Positions 37,623 to 52,700 of a stretch of DNA of 64,000 bases are shown in pieces. A model generated the notes under the pieces. It made no database searches. It was not told the DNA's origin and was given only the letters and a program-made list of their open reading frames with translations. The translations under genes and the position numbers were made by a program. The stretch covers positions 3,844,001 through 3,908,000 of the forward strand of contig JBHGNT010000002.1 of NCBI GenBank assembly GCA_043228905.1. Reading direction: 5' to 3'. Each line of letters starts with the position of its first letter. Within the stretch, counting starts at the first letter, position 1. The stretch is from Azolla caroliniana (Eukaryota; Plantae; Polypodiophyta).

Positions 37623-38226
37623 TAACAATCGGCAACGGTTCGGTTTGAACCGAACCGAACCGTGAAACCACGGCTTAATGGTTTAAATGGTTCGGTTAGG
37701 ATTGGTCCAGGTTTGGGGCTTTTTTAACGGTTCAGTTCGGTTTCAATAGTTAGAAACTGTGATTTAAACGGTTTCGCGATTTTTTTATTTTTGTAATTTT
37801 CTTTTAAAAATATAAATAATAAATAATAAAATTTGTTTTTAAATAATCTTTTCATTTTCACGCCTTATTCTCACATTTTAGGAAAATCTTTAAATTTAAA
37901 AAAATTTAAATAATGAAATATTTTAATTTCTAAAATTTAAAATTTAAAAATTGACACAAGCTGAAAACCGAAACCGGACCACAAACTCGCGTTTTACCGA
38001 TTTAATGGCTTAACAGTTTAAATTTTGTTAATGGTTCCGTTAAACGGTTTTGTGGTTCAGTTCGGTTTGGTTAACAAAACCGCATTTTACCGATTTAATG
38101 GCTTAACGAATTGGATTTTTCAAAATGGTTCCGTTTAACGGTTTTGTGATTCGGTTCGGTTCAGGTTTCAAATTTTCTAAACGGTTCGGTTTGGACCCTC
38201 TCGAACCGAACCATTGCCGATTGTTA
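37623..38226. mobile_element. Non-autonomous hAT-type MITE, copy 2 (inverted relative to copy 1)
   Basis: TIRs TAACAATCGGCAACGGT and ACCATTGCCGATTGTTA. Perfect 8-bp TSD GACCAAAC (37615-37622 and 38227-38234). AACCG subterminal repeats. Confidence 0.95.
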
Positions 38227-39036
38227 GACCAAACCCAATCCTCACACAAGGTTCTTTCACAATTGCATTGTGCACTCCTATTCCTTAAGTTCCTAAACAT
38301 CGAGAGTTGCTACTCTCTTTCACGTGTATTACATGAAAATGTTATATTTTTTATCTCATAGGTCGTATTTGACCTTTGAAGAAGACCATAAAATCTCTCT
38401 CTCACTCTAAAAGAAAAAGGAAACTACTTCTTTTTATAAATGTCAGGTAATCTACATATGCATGGTTAGTATAAAAAAATTAGTAAATGTTCAATAACTT
38501 TTTGATTTGCTTGCTAGAATGCCACTCTTTTTGTATGGCATATGAAAACATTTAATTTTAAGTTACCGAAACTCAAGATTTAATTTTTAGGTGACCATTT
38601 ATAATGCCCAATTAATTTTCTATTCCAACAAAGAATTCATTAATCTAGATATATGTTACAATTAAGCGATTAATAAACAATATCTAGCATTGCTTCACAT
38701 TATGTGTGTTAAGTGCAATGGCATCATTTCAACTTCTTCCTTGAAATATGTTGTTTAGAGTTCCTCATCTCAATTATACCAGGGGCATTAGCATACAAAC
38801 TTAAGTGTCATGACTCATGACTAGAGTTGAAATAAGAATCTCATTTCCTAAATCATTGGTTGTTTGTTGTTGACTTTTGCGTTTACTTCCATCTGGTAGC
38901 ACTCATATAGGTTTTGGATGTGACTATGTAAATTAAAAGGAAGCTTAGCCTAAAGATGTTAGAAATGCTATAAACTTCATGTGATTCTAATGTTAATACT
39001 ATATATAATATCTTTTTACACTCGCGAATATAATGT

Positions 39037-39108
39037 GGTCCTATGGTCTAGTGGTTAGGACATTGGACTCTGAATCCAGTAACCCGAGTTCAAGTCTCGG
39101 TAGGACCT
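39037..39108 (+). tRNA. trnQ-CUG: tRNA-Gln, anticodon CTG
   Basis: 72 nt. Acceptor stem GGTCCTA/TAGGACC, A box TGGTCTAGTGG, anticodon arm TTGGA-CTCTGAA-TCCAG and T arm CCGAG-TTCAAGT-CTCGG. TATA-like sequence lies about 30 bp upstream. Confidence 0.97.
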
Positions 39109-39112
39109 ACGC

Positions 39113-39116
39113 TTTT
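39113..39116 (+). terminator. Pol III oligo-T terminator of tRNA-Gln
   Basis: TTTT a few nt after the tRNA 3' end, followed by T-rich sequence. Confidence 0.55.
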
Positions 39117-40735
39117 CTCTTTCTTTATTACTATTAAATGAACTATGTATATTTTTGTCATTATGGGTGGTGTGCATATATGCATTACCCATGTATAAAC
39201 CCGCATAGCCCATTTATATCAAAAAACAGAGTACATATCGTCTCACTGATTTGGCCAATGTTAATCTCTACATATAAATGTGAGAATTATTAATCTCTAC
39301 GTATAAATGTATTTATACAATAATGATTGGTTTACATTAGCGTGTTCTCTCTCTCTCTCTCTAAATCGTACCATAATGTTATTTCGTTGATAAGGTCTGA
39401 AGATATGTAACAATAGTAAAGGATATGAGGGAATGAAAGAAACTTATTCGAGAACATTATGTGGTTCTTAGTTTTAATGAATTTTTGTCTCAAAAATGTG
39501 ATTCTTCTATCTTGGAAGACCGAGAGATGATGTTGCCAAATCTTTAGAGAACTCAGGAACTTCTAGGAGCTAAACAACACAATATATGGCAAGCATCTAT
39601 TGGATGCTAGGGTCCTAAAGACCACCATTTTCTCTACTACAATATGAACTCATGGCTGGATATACATGTATTCCATGTCTCCTTGGGATGAGGGATGCTA
39701 CCAAATACATCAAAACCTTCACCATCCCGTCTTGTATAATAGGTGACAACCTTTTCAACAAGCTCAACCCCACACACAATCATCCACTTTCCTAATGAGC
39801 TAGTTAAAAACATTAGGTCATTAATACATTTATCTTCCACAACTTGACCTTCTTACCAAATAACTTATTTAACCACGGTATACATACCTTAGTGTTTCCC
39901 AATCACTTTTTGACTACCCAAACAATATGGTCATCAGTAAATTTCTGAGTGCATATGGCCAACGTAAAAAAATATTGGTTTGGATTCTTCTTCCCGAGAT
40001 GTTAACAATAAATAAAGGGAGGAACATCACTCGATGTCTACGTATTGTCTTGCAAATCAGTTAATTACCGTTTGCCTTGTTTGTATGTAGTGAGAGTCAT
40101 CAACAGGAAGAGGCCCCCTTACTTTGGTGTCTGCCAAGATTCTACGGCCAACCTTCCTAATTGCTAAGATTCTTGGGGGTTGCCAATCCGACACTCCCAA
40201 AATCACTGAATTCCAATAGCACCTCAATAAATTTTAAATGTGAAAAGGCGATACAAATGAAATATCATGAATGAATTGTCCACAAATTTTATTCATTTGA
40301 CCAGCGAAAAAAAATTCAGATGTAATAGGAACATGTAAAAAAAGATACAAAAATCCAAAACTTCTGCTAGCACAAACCAGTCAGTCAAGTGTGCCAAGCT
40401 AAAAAAATATTGAAACCGCGTTCTTTCTATTTGTACCTCTTATCTAATAACATTGCTAATAGCTGATCAATGGAATCAAGCTATAAATATAACCAAAAAA
40501 ACGCATTGATCGATCTTATCGAAATCGATCAAAGCCTAAAGAATAATTGAGCCAAGATGAGGATGAGGATGAGGATGGTAAGGATAATGATGAGTGAATG
40601 ACTAATGGCTGAATGGAGTTTACATTTTACTTGCTACTTTACAATCCATTTTACAATAAAGGGTATTAGCAGATTCCAAACTCTTGAAAAAATGGCAGAG
40701 TCCAGATATTTTATTCTGCTAAATAAAAACACATA

Positions 40736-43700
40736 TTATGCTGCTTGAGGTTGTAAGAAAAAGAAACCAGGATTTTCTCGAAGAACATTAGGAGGATCAA
40801 TATCAGATAGATCTGTTTCTGGCATCGATTTTGATATATCATCAACAGAAAAGGGAATGCTGCAATGCACAAAGAAAGGAAAAAATGTCAATATCTGCTT
40901 CCAAGTATTCAAATGCTTTTTCATAAATCATCAACTTATGACGAACCTTGAGTCATCATCCAGTAGGAAAGAGTTGCTCATTGCATTGTTTGAATCTTCT
41001 GTCATCAAGACTCTCATGCTTGCAATAACCTGGCAGAGGAACCCAGATTTAACACCCTTGTATCAAATTTCCAAGAAAAAGTTTCACAATTAACTAGAGA
41101 TAGTTTTCCTTGATGAATTTCATGATGCATTTGAATTAATATACTTTCAACAATAGATTCTCAAAGATTAATGTCAATATTAATTATTTTAAACCTAAAA
41201 TGTTAACAATCAACAAAATGGGAGGTGAAACAAAAACAAAGATCAAGCACAACAGTTGTCCATATGATGTTCATTAATTTATCCTCACCTCAGTAGAAAC
41301 ACTGTGAGTTCCATATTTATCATCCCAATACATAGTGCTGATGCGATAAAGTTGTTGTATGCTTAGCACCTAAGGCACACATGTAACCCAACATAAGATA
41401 ATATTTTACAACACATGACCTAACACAAACTAATGCACAATATATGGTTCTACATACAGGACAAAGATCATGAGTTATCTCATCCAGTGATTTCTTTGGT
41501 TTCTGGTGTATAACCTGGCAAAAATCATAACAATCAGGTCAGCAGAAATTAAGAATGGAATAGAAATAAACAGTGTGCAGGCACACATACGACACTACAA
41601 AAGTTACCAGGAATCCAACAGCCTGCCTTATGTGCTTTAGCTCATCCCAGGATTTTCCAGCGTACTACAAAAAGAATGCAATTTGTATTGAATCCAAACT
41701 CATATAACCAAAAAACGACATGGCATGAATTCCAATTACTGTTTCTGAAGCATCATACGCCCAACGTTCTAACTCTGCTAACCCAGCTTTGACATATTCC
41801 CCATTACTGAATGAACAGCATTCTCTTCGCAATAACAGACTGAACCACAAAAAAGTTCATTATAAAATAAAATAATCCAATAGGTACAAATTTAGGGTTT
41901 GTGATGCCAACAACATGTTATCACCTGTTGAAAAGCTGAACATTAATGTAGGAAAATATCTGAGTAAAAACTTTGCTGATGAAAAATGATGGCACCTGAT
42001 ATGAACATATACAAACAGAAGTTAATAGAAAAATTATTCAATTCCAAACTTTGAGAAAACAAATGTACAAAGTGTTTCAAAGCTGTTGATTACATTATTA
42101 GCACGCATGATGCTCAGCAAGCTACTGAGACTCTTAATAATGCCATGCCAATGGCTACTCAGTATTTGCTGTGCAGCACTACTGGCATGTACAGACCTTG
42201 ATGCAGCTTTTCCTAGTGTTGTTCTTGATGTTCTAGGTGCCTGTAAAAATCATGATGCAACCAAAACTTATGAACCTTCTTAAAAGACAATGGCCATTCA
42301 CAAAGTATAATGAACCAGACAAACATTTGCCAACCTGGATGCAAAGCCCAAGCAGGGGTGTTATTTCTTTCTTTAAATTATCTCGAATCATTCCATATAT
42401 CTTCTCCACATATGCGGTAAGTTGTTGCTTGAACAACAACGCAGGATACTTTGCTTCCACCTGTCTCAATGAATCTAACCCACCTATGATGTTGCCATTA
42501 GAAAATGACAAACCTCCAGGTGAGGAACGGAAGCTCTGAAAAACATTGATGTGAGTAATCATAAAATATGCTGAAATACTTAAATACATCTATAATTGCA
42601 TGGCAAAAACTCTGAAATTCCGAACTATTCTTTTGTTCCCCAAATACCCCTAATTTTTCTTTCTATGGTATGACTGGTCAAACCCCGAAAGAGCAAAGTA
42701 AATGATTAATACAATTGGTCAAATAGTACATGTAATGGAGAAATGAACATAGATTGATCACATAATCATTCATTACCACATGTAATTGTTCCAGGAGGGG
42801 TTACCAACGGCATTTGAGGGAATAACAAGAACTAAGGGGGTAATAGAACATATAATTGTTCCAGACGGAGTTAAGAAAGGGCATTTGGGGGAATAACAGA
42901 ACTTATGGGCATTCCTGAGAAAAATATATATTTAGAATTTGAAATTTTTGCCTATTTGCATTGGTGCTAAATTTATAGCTAGGTTTACAACAGATTTTTA
43001 CCTGAGTCATTCTACCAAAAAGAGTAGCTGACGGTGTTCTTCGCCTCTGCTGACCAAGGCCACCTGCACCACTTGCTTTCAAAGTGCGTTGAAGAAGAGA
43101 AAGTAGCATTGATGTGTTGGATAACCAATATGCTAGAATATCGTTATTCTCCTGGCTCTATGAAACGCCAAGTTCATTGAAGTAAATGTACTATCTATGC
43201 ACAATTGATTCCTCTGAGCCTACTCAAAAGTTCATACCTCAATTGCGGTTCCAATAGTCTGTATTATGCGATCAAAAACATTTGTTCTCTCTGCTTCAAA
43301 GGAACGCCACTGTAGTAATGACTTGTAGATAATCGAAGCCGCAATAGGTCTATCCCGACTGAATCCCACATCTTGACCAACACATTTCAATAGTGCTTCC
43401 AGATTCTCCTATAGACAGGGTAGAGATATTAGTCCAAATAGACAAAGGTTCTTGACAGACATGAATGCTGTACTAATATCGTCAAAAACATGAAATCGAG
43501 TACTTAAGAATCTAATCTATACTTCGACAAGAAGATTCATGCAAACTAAGCACATAAATCACTTCAACTCTAGTGAACAAAGACAATCAGATGTAATCAC
43601 CTGCTGTCTGTCTGGTGTAAGGATCTTCTGGCGCCTTTGTTCTTCTGCTGCAGGTTGTTCCTTTTCAGGAGTAATAGGTGAAGGAGATTCCTGGAGGAGA

Positions 43701-46700
43701 ACATAGAATGCCACTTTTACAAAAAAAACTAATGAACCTTTACAAATACATGAACAAGCTTCATGAACGAACTGGCACTGATACTCTTGTTCCTGTTATT
43801 GTTTAGGGTTGTATCAATATGCATTTATAAGTGTCAAGCTGGTTTTGTTGCTGTGACTGTTTAGGCATTGAATTCAATGTAACTTTTAAGTGTAATTAAC
43901 ATCATGCACATCATCTCTTATTGGTTTTGTTGCAGTTTCTATTCATTTACATTAAAATTGGGGAATGATGCATTGAATCAAAAACTATTTACATCATAAA
44001 AACAACTTTCTTCTAAGTTCATTTTCTTCTCAGGTTCTTTATCGCACATTTAGAGAAAAGGTAGATTACTTACAGGTGTTCTCATGTCACCATCTGCAAG
44101 GACGCTACTTTCAGGGCTTCTCTGTATTTACAAAGAGAGTTAAGTCTTCTGATATATGCATTTATTTAAAAGATATCCGGAAAAGTAAGGTTTCTCACCT
44201 GCACAACTGTGCTTTTGAACCGATTGCTCAGACTTTTAGCTGGTGATATAACAAGAGTTTGTTGACGAAGGACTTGATTTTCAGATTCCAAATTCGACAA
44301 TTTCTCTTCCAATCTAAAAGTATTATATCAGGAAACAATTCCTCACTACCTTTTCAATGACAGGAGAGAATCAATTGGTTATATAAAAAGAAAATCTTGT
44401 GGACGCTGACCAAGGGGTTTGGGGAAAATAATGTATTCAGGGAAAGAAACAGGAACTCAGGGAGATTTCGAGTTTTCCCTTATTTAAAACATTGGAACAC
44501 TTATCAAACTGAGTAAAATCTACGCTAAATACCTTTGCATGGCCTCTTGAAGTTGATCTAACTTAATCTCAGAAGATTTCAAACTCTTGATCTTCTCATC
44601 ACTATCTGTTTTGGCCTCCAGAAGTTTCTGTTCTGCATCCACTGCCCGTTTTTCTAGAGAGTTTACTAATGCCTGATATAAACCATCACTTACGTATATA
44701 AACAACTAAGAAAAGATAAGTAAAGAATTTATGGATGGAATGATTTCCAATTTCTAATGCTACTTTTTCACATTATTTTATCTTACATAACAGACAATGC
44801 AGATTACGTGCAATGTTTTCAATTCACACAATTACACCCATTGGCAAGTCATTTCGACCTTTAAGTTTTCGTTATCAGCTTCGAGCTTCTCAATTTTCGC
44901 ATTGCTAACTTCCATAACTTTAATAACTTCCACTTCTTTCATTGTTGAAACAGCCTGATCTGCTGCATGTTTACCCAGCTCTCTCTCTTCAGCCGCAAGC
45001 ATTGTTGCTGCTTCTAATTGGGCCTGCATCTCATTTAAACTCATCCGTAACTTTGATACCTCCTGAGCCTTTGCTTCCTCCAAGTCAGTCTGTAGATGTC
45101 ATCATTCAATAAAGAAAAGAGAAAATCGCATCAGTGGAGTGAGCAATGAAGAGTTGATATTAGATGTGATGAAGAAGTGGACATCATAAACATGGAACAT
45201 ACTCGTAGCCTTTTCTCCAATTGCAGCCTCCATGTGAGTTCCTCACAACGTTTCTCAAGCTTTGTCTTTGCTTCTTGCAGTGCACCTGTCTCTTTTGCAG
45301 CCTGCCATTAAAACAAGCTGTGTGAATGCATTTATAGAGATGACCAACTCAATCCAACCAAAGCTGTGTAAATTTGTTATAATTTCCAACCAGAGCATTT
45401 AGGAATGTGACTGCTTCCAACTCATGAAAGGAATTTCATATGATTGATATATACTATATTCATCTATTTAAGTTTCCTTTACATAGAAAAGCTTTACAGC
45501 TCATAATTAAATTTCTCTGAAGTTTGAATCAATGTTCACAATCATTCTCATAAGTTTACATGAAATGAGCAACCATAAGGCATAAAAATCATGTTAATAA
45601 CAGGAAAACAGTTCTGACCTAAACAAAATCCTACATTAGATTATGGCTCATTAATCCCCATTCTTTGCACAGACATGAATTTTAGTTTTAATGATCCAAG
45701 GCTTACCATTTTTAGCTTCTTAAGCTCTTTCCTAGCAATACGTCCTCTCCATATACATTCGACTCTAAGTGCTGCCTTCCGCAGCTTCATATAATCAGAT
45801 TGTGCTTTATAACCCCTCCAGCATGTCTGGAATTCAGAGAAATACATTAAGCTGAATTGTAGAGCAAAAATTAAACTGCAAATTTAAAATGTTAAAAGGA
45901 CTAGCACTAGCATTATCACTATCATTAAAACCTGAATTTTAACAGCAGCCCGTGTCTGGCGTCTAAATGTAAACTCTTTACGAGCACACATTCCACGCAA
46001 GCAAGCTTGAATAACAATAGCAGCTGCCCGAGCTTTTTTATACAATTTACGAGCTTGCCAACAACGAACATGTCTCTGTATTTGGATGGCTGCAGATTCC
46101 CTTTTCATCTCCATATATTGCTTGCGAGCAAGCTTACCTGCAATAAATAATTAGCAAAAATACATATTCACAATTAATAACATCCCAACCAGTTAATATA
46201 GGATTATTGATATTTAGAAGATAATAGCTTACCTCGCCATCGAGCCTGGGTACAGATAGCAGCTTTTCGTACAGATTTCAGTTCCTTTTGGGCAAGGAAT
46301 GTACGGACTCTTCGTTGGATCACTTTCACAGCATTCCCTAAAACTTCCGCTCTTCTCGTATCCAACTCTGCCATCTGACCAGCTCTAAGGAACACCTTTG
46401 TTTTACCTATCTGATTATGTTCCAGATATAAGATCCGTTCAGAAAGTTGGATACCAGTTCATAATAACAAACCATTTTATGACACTATGTATGTGTTTCT
46501 TTACACTCATAGTTCAACATAAAATAGCAACCAAATACCAACATTTACAATCCAGCTTCAGGGGGAGACAAATTAAAGAAAAGGAGAGAATGCCGTCAGG
46601 AAGTGAGGAACACCTATTGACTTGGTCAATAATACTGTCAAAGATATACGCTAGAAATGTTACAAAGTAGTACCATGCAGCTTATGACCCATAAACTGCC

Positions 46701-49700
46701 AAGTTTAGAATAAACATAAATAAATACTATGGGGCACTGCGTTGACTTGATATTGCGTTGCATATCTCAAATTAGGATATGTTTTTACAGAAATCTCCGA
46801 CCTTCAATCAAAGGTCAACAACTAAGACTTTAGGGCCAATTGGTTATGTGGCGTTTCACTTTTTCTGTGATTATGAGTAAATGGTTGGTGTTCATTCCAT
46901 GAATATACATCCTAGGTTATATCAGGCATATGATAATTGCCGTGCAAACATACACCTAATCCATTGTCCCCCAGCATGGATAGTACATCTCATAATTTGA
47001 ATTTATAAAACAACATGAGACTGAATTAGAATTCCAAATAAGATCTACACCTGATAGTTACTTAAATTGGCCTTCTTCAAAATATATTCTGTAGCAGCCT
47101 TTTCATCATAACTGCATTGAAAGGATGGATTCCTTAGCATGTTTATCTATAATACTGAATGAGGTTCCAGACCACACCTCAACTCAACTTTAGGAAGCAG
47201 AAGTAAAAACAGCAGTTTTACCTTCCTTCTTGCAAGTCAGTAGCTAGAAGACCAAATCGATCAAGAAATTCATCAAATGACCTTCTTGTAGGATAACCTG
47301 CACAACTGATACGTACAGCTTCAAGTACTCCCTGGTGAACAAGTTGTAAAAAACATTAATTCCTCATGTTAGATAGTTCTCCTTGCATTAAAAGTTGTTT
47401 TTTACACATACTCCACATCTGAGTTGCTGTAGGACATTTTGGTTCTCAAAGCGCCCTGGCTTATTGTATTGATTCGGCTTCACGCAACGAATGTAGTGAG
47501 GCTGTGTTGAGTTTAGTGTATCCATAAGTGATTGTAATTGTTGCTGAAAATACAAAAATTATATAAGAGTTACAAATACTACCAAATGAAATGGCATCCC
47601 CTGCAATTTGACTATAATCAAACCATCAAATAAAGATCAATCTAATGGACCATTAAATATGTAAGTATTTATTCCACATGCTGTGAGATATAATCCAATA
47701 ATATTTGTATGGTTTGAACCTTGAACCGGGTACCAATTGAAGAGAATTTGTAAGAAGATTTTGATGAATCCTCAGGTGGAGGGAAGAGATCAGCGACAAA
47801 TGGACATTTTGAGGACCCCAACAACGCCTGGTGTTCCGCAACAACATAATCCTTGTTTTTGTCCAGGAATAGATCTGCCTGATAAGTAACCTACAAAAAA
47901 TAACAAAGTTAGGCGATGAAGAAAGTCCATACAAAAGCAATAGAATGGCATTGTGCAAACAACTAAATAGTCTTACCTCGCCAGCATAGTGGGAAATGGT
48001 GAAATCTGTAAGAGAGAGCTTTGGTTTGAGAAACCGCTTGTGATTTTTGAAGGTTTGAAAAAGCTTGCTTGCAAATGTTTCATGAGTGGCTTTTGGAAAC
48101 ATGCTGGAAAACAATTGGATGAGATCTCTAATCAACTTGATATTCAAAGAAAAAACATTATTTGTATCCATCTTATTTATGAACTTAGGAGTGAAAGGTA
48201 TTTATCCACAGAATATTTCCAAAATACCCCCGAGGTTTTATGCATTCACAATATGCCCATGATTTTTCATTATTTCAGCAAATGCTCTTGGTGAACCCTC
48301 AGAGGAGAGAAAATGGGTATAAATTGATTTGATAATTGCTTAAGCGGGACATATAATTGAGAAAGATGGGAGCTGAAGTAAACCATATAGTTGCTCTGGC
48401 AGAGTTGTCCATAGGCATTTTGGGAAATAAAGAGAAGCCATGGCATTGGGGTGAACACATGGGTATTTCAGAGTTTAACAGTTCAATATAAAACAGAATC
48501 AATTGATTAAACTATTCAAAACACAACAGGCTTCAGTGTATATTTTTCCGTTACTCCAGCATCCCTTAAATAAATACACAATATGAGACTCTGTTCTTAT
48601 CTTGTGTTTAATTTAGTTTGTAGAGCCTATGGTTCATGCTCAAATGAAAACTTGGAAACTTGGAAACTTAGAAACGTGGAAACCAGTAAAAGGCAACCGA
48701 CTACAAACAGCATAGTAATACAATCTTCAATGAAGCAATCGAAGGTTACAGATATCCTCATGGTGGTGAATGGGTTCCCAGAAAACCCCTTGATATAAGA
48801 AGGAACTCCCTAGCCAAAACATATCATCTTAGCCTTCTTGAAACAAGAGTGTTGTGGGTGCCTGAGGAACTAGCTCCTGAGACTATTGAAGCCCCCTTAA
48901 TCAATAAGCATTCCTGACATTTGGTACATGAATGCAGTCCAAGACCATTGTTAAGATAATGTGGATGTTAACTGTTGACCATGAGAGGTGAGGGAGAAAG
49001 TAGACATTGATGATTCATGGAGGTATCCTATTCTAAGGAGATCCATCAGATAAACACCATGCAAAGCGTAATAGAGATCTTGTGCAAGAACTACCATCAC
49101 TGAGCCTTATCTATCACTTGACATAGGACTTGACCAGCACCTGCCTTGACCTGTGGCATATATTTGTCAGCTTCAACCTGAGGGATGAAATAAAGAGTGG
49201 AAGACAACTATGTACTCCCTTAGTCTACCAATAAAATACATATATCCAACTAATCCAAATTATCCATGAAGCAAGCATCAATAATCATGTTAAGACTGAA
49301 ATTTTTCAAACCAGTTTAAATGGCGTGTTTCATAATTACTCTTAGAATCATACTATAGAATTGACTACAAGCATTATGTTACATAAATTACTTTATTGCT
49401 AAGTTTGCATTTCATACCAGGCTTCATCTAGAAGAGCAATTATCCCCAAAGGTTTCTGGAAAAAGTACATAAAGTGTTGGACATTAGCAAGCTATTCATT
49501 AATTTAAAGAAACAGCTTGTCATTGATATTACAAGTTATCTTCCAACTCTCTACAATAGAGTGATGGTTTTGATAAACAAATAAAATGTAGCATGGCTAT
49601 AAGCATAATCGATAAAGTAATTGATAGAAAATCAACTGTTTACCCTCAGATGTATTCTATACCTTCTCTATCATATCTAACACATCTTGATTATCCACAA

Positions 49701-52700
49701 ACTCAATGTAACTCCAGTTAATTTCTTCCTTTGTGTATTCTTCTTGCTCCATCTTGAATACATGCTGTTGGAATGCAGTGTATAAGATGTAGTCAAACAC
49801 TTCACCCCATACATACTTTAAGGAAAATCAAAGCAGTTTAATTTCAGATGATCTGTCAACGCAAAACCTGGTTGAAATGTTGTTGTAGTTTCTCGTTTGT
49901 AAGGTTGATACAGAATTGCTCAAAACTGCAATTATGTCAAACAATGTAACTTTAGATGCTTTAAGGTAAGACAAGCTGTATTGGAAAAAGCGATGGTACG
50001 TTATTCAAGTATGTAAGTATTGCAACAAGGAATATAATTTGGACACTGTGTCTTAGAATAAATGGCATTGTGAATACTTCCTCTGGATTATATTATACAG
50101 TATAATTAGCATAACCCAGCTGATGACTTTGGACATTTTAAATTTCCACAATAGTTATATACATTGTCTAATGGCTAGATTAAATATAGCCGTATATGCT
50201 CTTCTTAGGGGAATACATTATACAGTACAATTAGCATAACCCAGCTGATGACTATGGACATTTTCAATTTCCACAATAATTGTATACATCGTCTAATGGC
50301 TAGATTAAATCCCAGTTCAGCATGATAATGTGTCTAATGTAAAATCTAGTTACCAGATCACACATTGATTATAATCTATAATAGACTATACAATATGATA
50401 GCATGGTATCTACATCATAACAATATACTCTATTAGATTGCTGTATCTTTCCATATCTTTCGCTCTTTTGTAGATAACTTTGCTAAGATATAATTCACCA
50501 AATATATAAATTGACTAGAAATTAAATAATAGTAGTACCTGTTACACTTGAAGCTCTCAAATCCATAAATATCAAGCACACCAATCAACATTTTCGATTC
50601 AGAATCTTGGCCAATGGATTTATTCACTTTACTAACAAGCCTGTGCCGTGAGTGGAATAAGGCAAAAGATGAAAAGTTTTACCATACAAAACAAAAGTAA
50701 TTCATATTTCCTGCCATACCTAAACAAATTGAGAATCACGAGATGTTCAATTACCAGTCAAATAGACGAGAATAGATAGTCTTTGCTAATGTGTCTCGAT
50801 TTATTGTAGCCGACTGTGGATCGAGTGTTTTTGTAATGTTTTCATCTCTCGTTACAATTACTCGTGTGGTAAGAGCATCCAATAGTCCCATAGCATCACA
50901 CCTAAAATTGACCACATAATTCTTATATGTGTTTTCCTTGACATTCAAACCAGCTTAACTTTAAGAATGCATTATGCATACATGAATAGCTCAGCTGCTA
51001 CTTGCAAATGGAAATCAGAATCCTTGCCCTTTGGAACAGAAGAATCAGCTTCCTTCCCTTGGACAAAATCTATATTTCCTAGATGAAGAATTCCAGCCAC
51101 AACACGGAAAATAGCCTCCTGCATAATTATGAAAATCAGAACAATCTTACCTCCTGCTGTTGCAAATGAAATATAAAAATTTTACCTGTTCTTCTAAACT
51201 TATTCCCACGATATCCATAGCTCTTCTTGTCTTTGCATACTCCCGGCTATTGCTAGTGTGCTCCAGTTCATAGCAATTGCTTTGGTTTAGATAATGAAAA
51301 TATTGAGGTTCTCTCAATTTGTACTTTTCGGCATCCTATAAACAGACATGATAGATGTAAGTGCAAGAGTTTTGGAAAGACAACTATCTACAGCAGCTCA
51401 TGTCTGTAATACCTCATTTGAAGCACATAGCTGATAAAAACAGTGATAATTCCTTTCAGGATCAGCAATCTGCACAACACGCGATCGTTCAAGGAGATAT
51501 GTGCGAACAGCAGCTCCTGATATTCTCCCACTTTGATCAAACTGGAGTTCCACAAATTTTCCAAATCGACTGCACGATAGAGAAAAATAAATAAATCACA
51601 ATCTAAATGTGCAATGTTTTTACTTGTATAATATCACAGTCTCTGGGAGTCTGTGACTACGACTAAATATCAGCACACTTTGTTTCAAGTGTGAGCAAGG
51701 AAGAGACTGAAGAATATAAACACCATCAAATCATACGTAGAAGAGAAGATTTAAGTTTCCCTACATTATTTAATAGTCAAGTCATGCATAACTAAAGCAA
51801 AATGAATAGCATAACCTCCATAAGTTCAATGGAAGAGTTATTGAGGTATGTGGCTTATAGGTGCCACATACCTAATACGAGTAGCAGATAAAAAGAAAGT
51901 AAAGCACCATTTTGCATCCCTCCCAGGTTCCGGCCATCCCTCATGAGTCTATCAAAATCAATATCTACCAGAACATTCCTTGTCAAACCCTGACTATAAC
52001 TAACAATCATCACACCTAGTTTCAAGTGTGAGCACGGAAGAGCCTGAAGAAGATAAAAAGCACCAAATCATAAGTAGAAGAGAAGACTGAAGTTGACCTT
52101 CATTACTTCACAGTCAAGCAACATATCAGCACATTCCTTGTGAATCTGTGATTATGATTAACTATCAGCACAGCTAGTTTTAAGTTTGGTGAGTCTATGA
52201 CTATGAATATCTATCAGCATATTCCTTGTGAAAGCATGAATATGACTGACAATCAGCACACTTAGTTTCAAGTGTGAGCGTGGAAGAGCCTGAAGAAGAT
52301 AAAAGCCACCAAATCATAAGTAGAAGAAAAAACTCAAGTTCACCTTCATTACTTAACAGTCAAGGAATGCCTAGCTAAAGCCCAATGAATAGAATACTTT
52401 CCATAAGCTCATTGGAAGAGCTGTTCAGGTGTGTGGATTATAGGTCCTACATATGTCATCTAGTATGAGTAAATAAAATAGAAATGATCATTTAATATAA
52501 GTCCAACATATACAATAGGTCTTCGAAACTTGATAAAGTAGTAGGCAACAAAAAAAAGATTATATTTTCATTTCTAAAGAGACCAACTACAAATCATACA
52601 AAATTCCTGTAGCATTTTTACCATATTAAAATTACATTTTACTACCTAATCAGCCTGAATGTAATATAGCATTAGAATATAAAATACTCAAATCTGTCTA

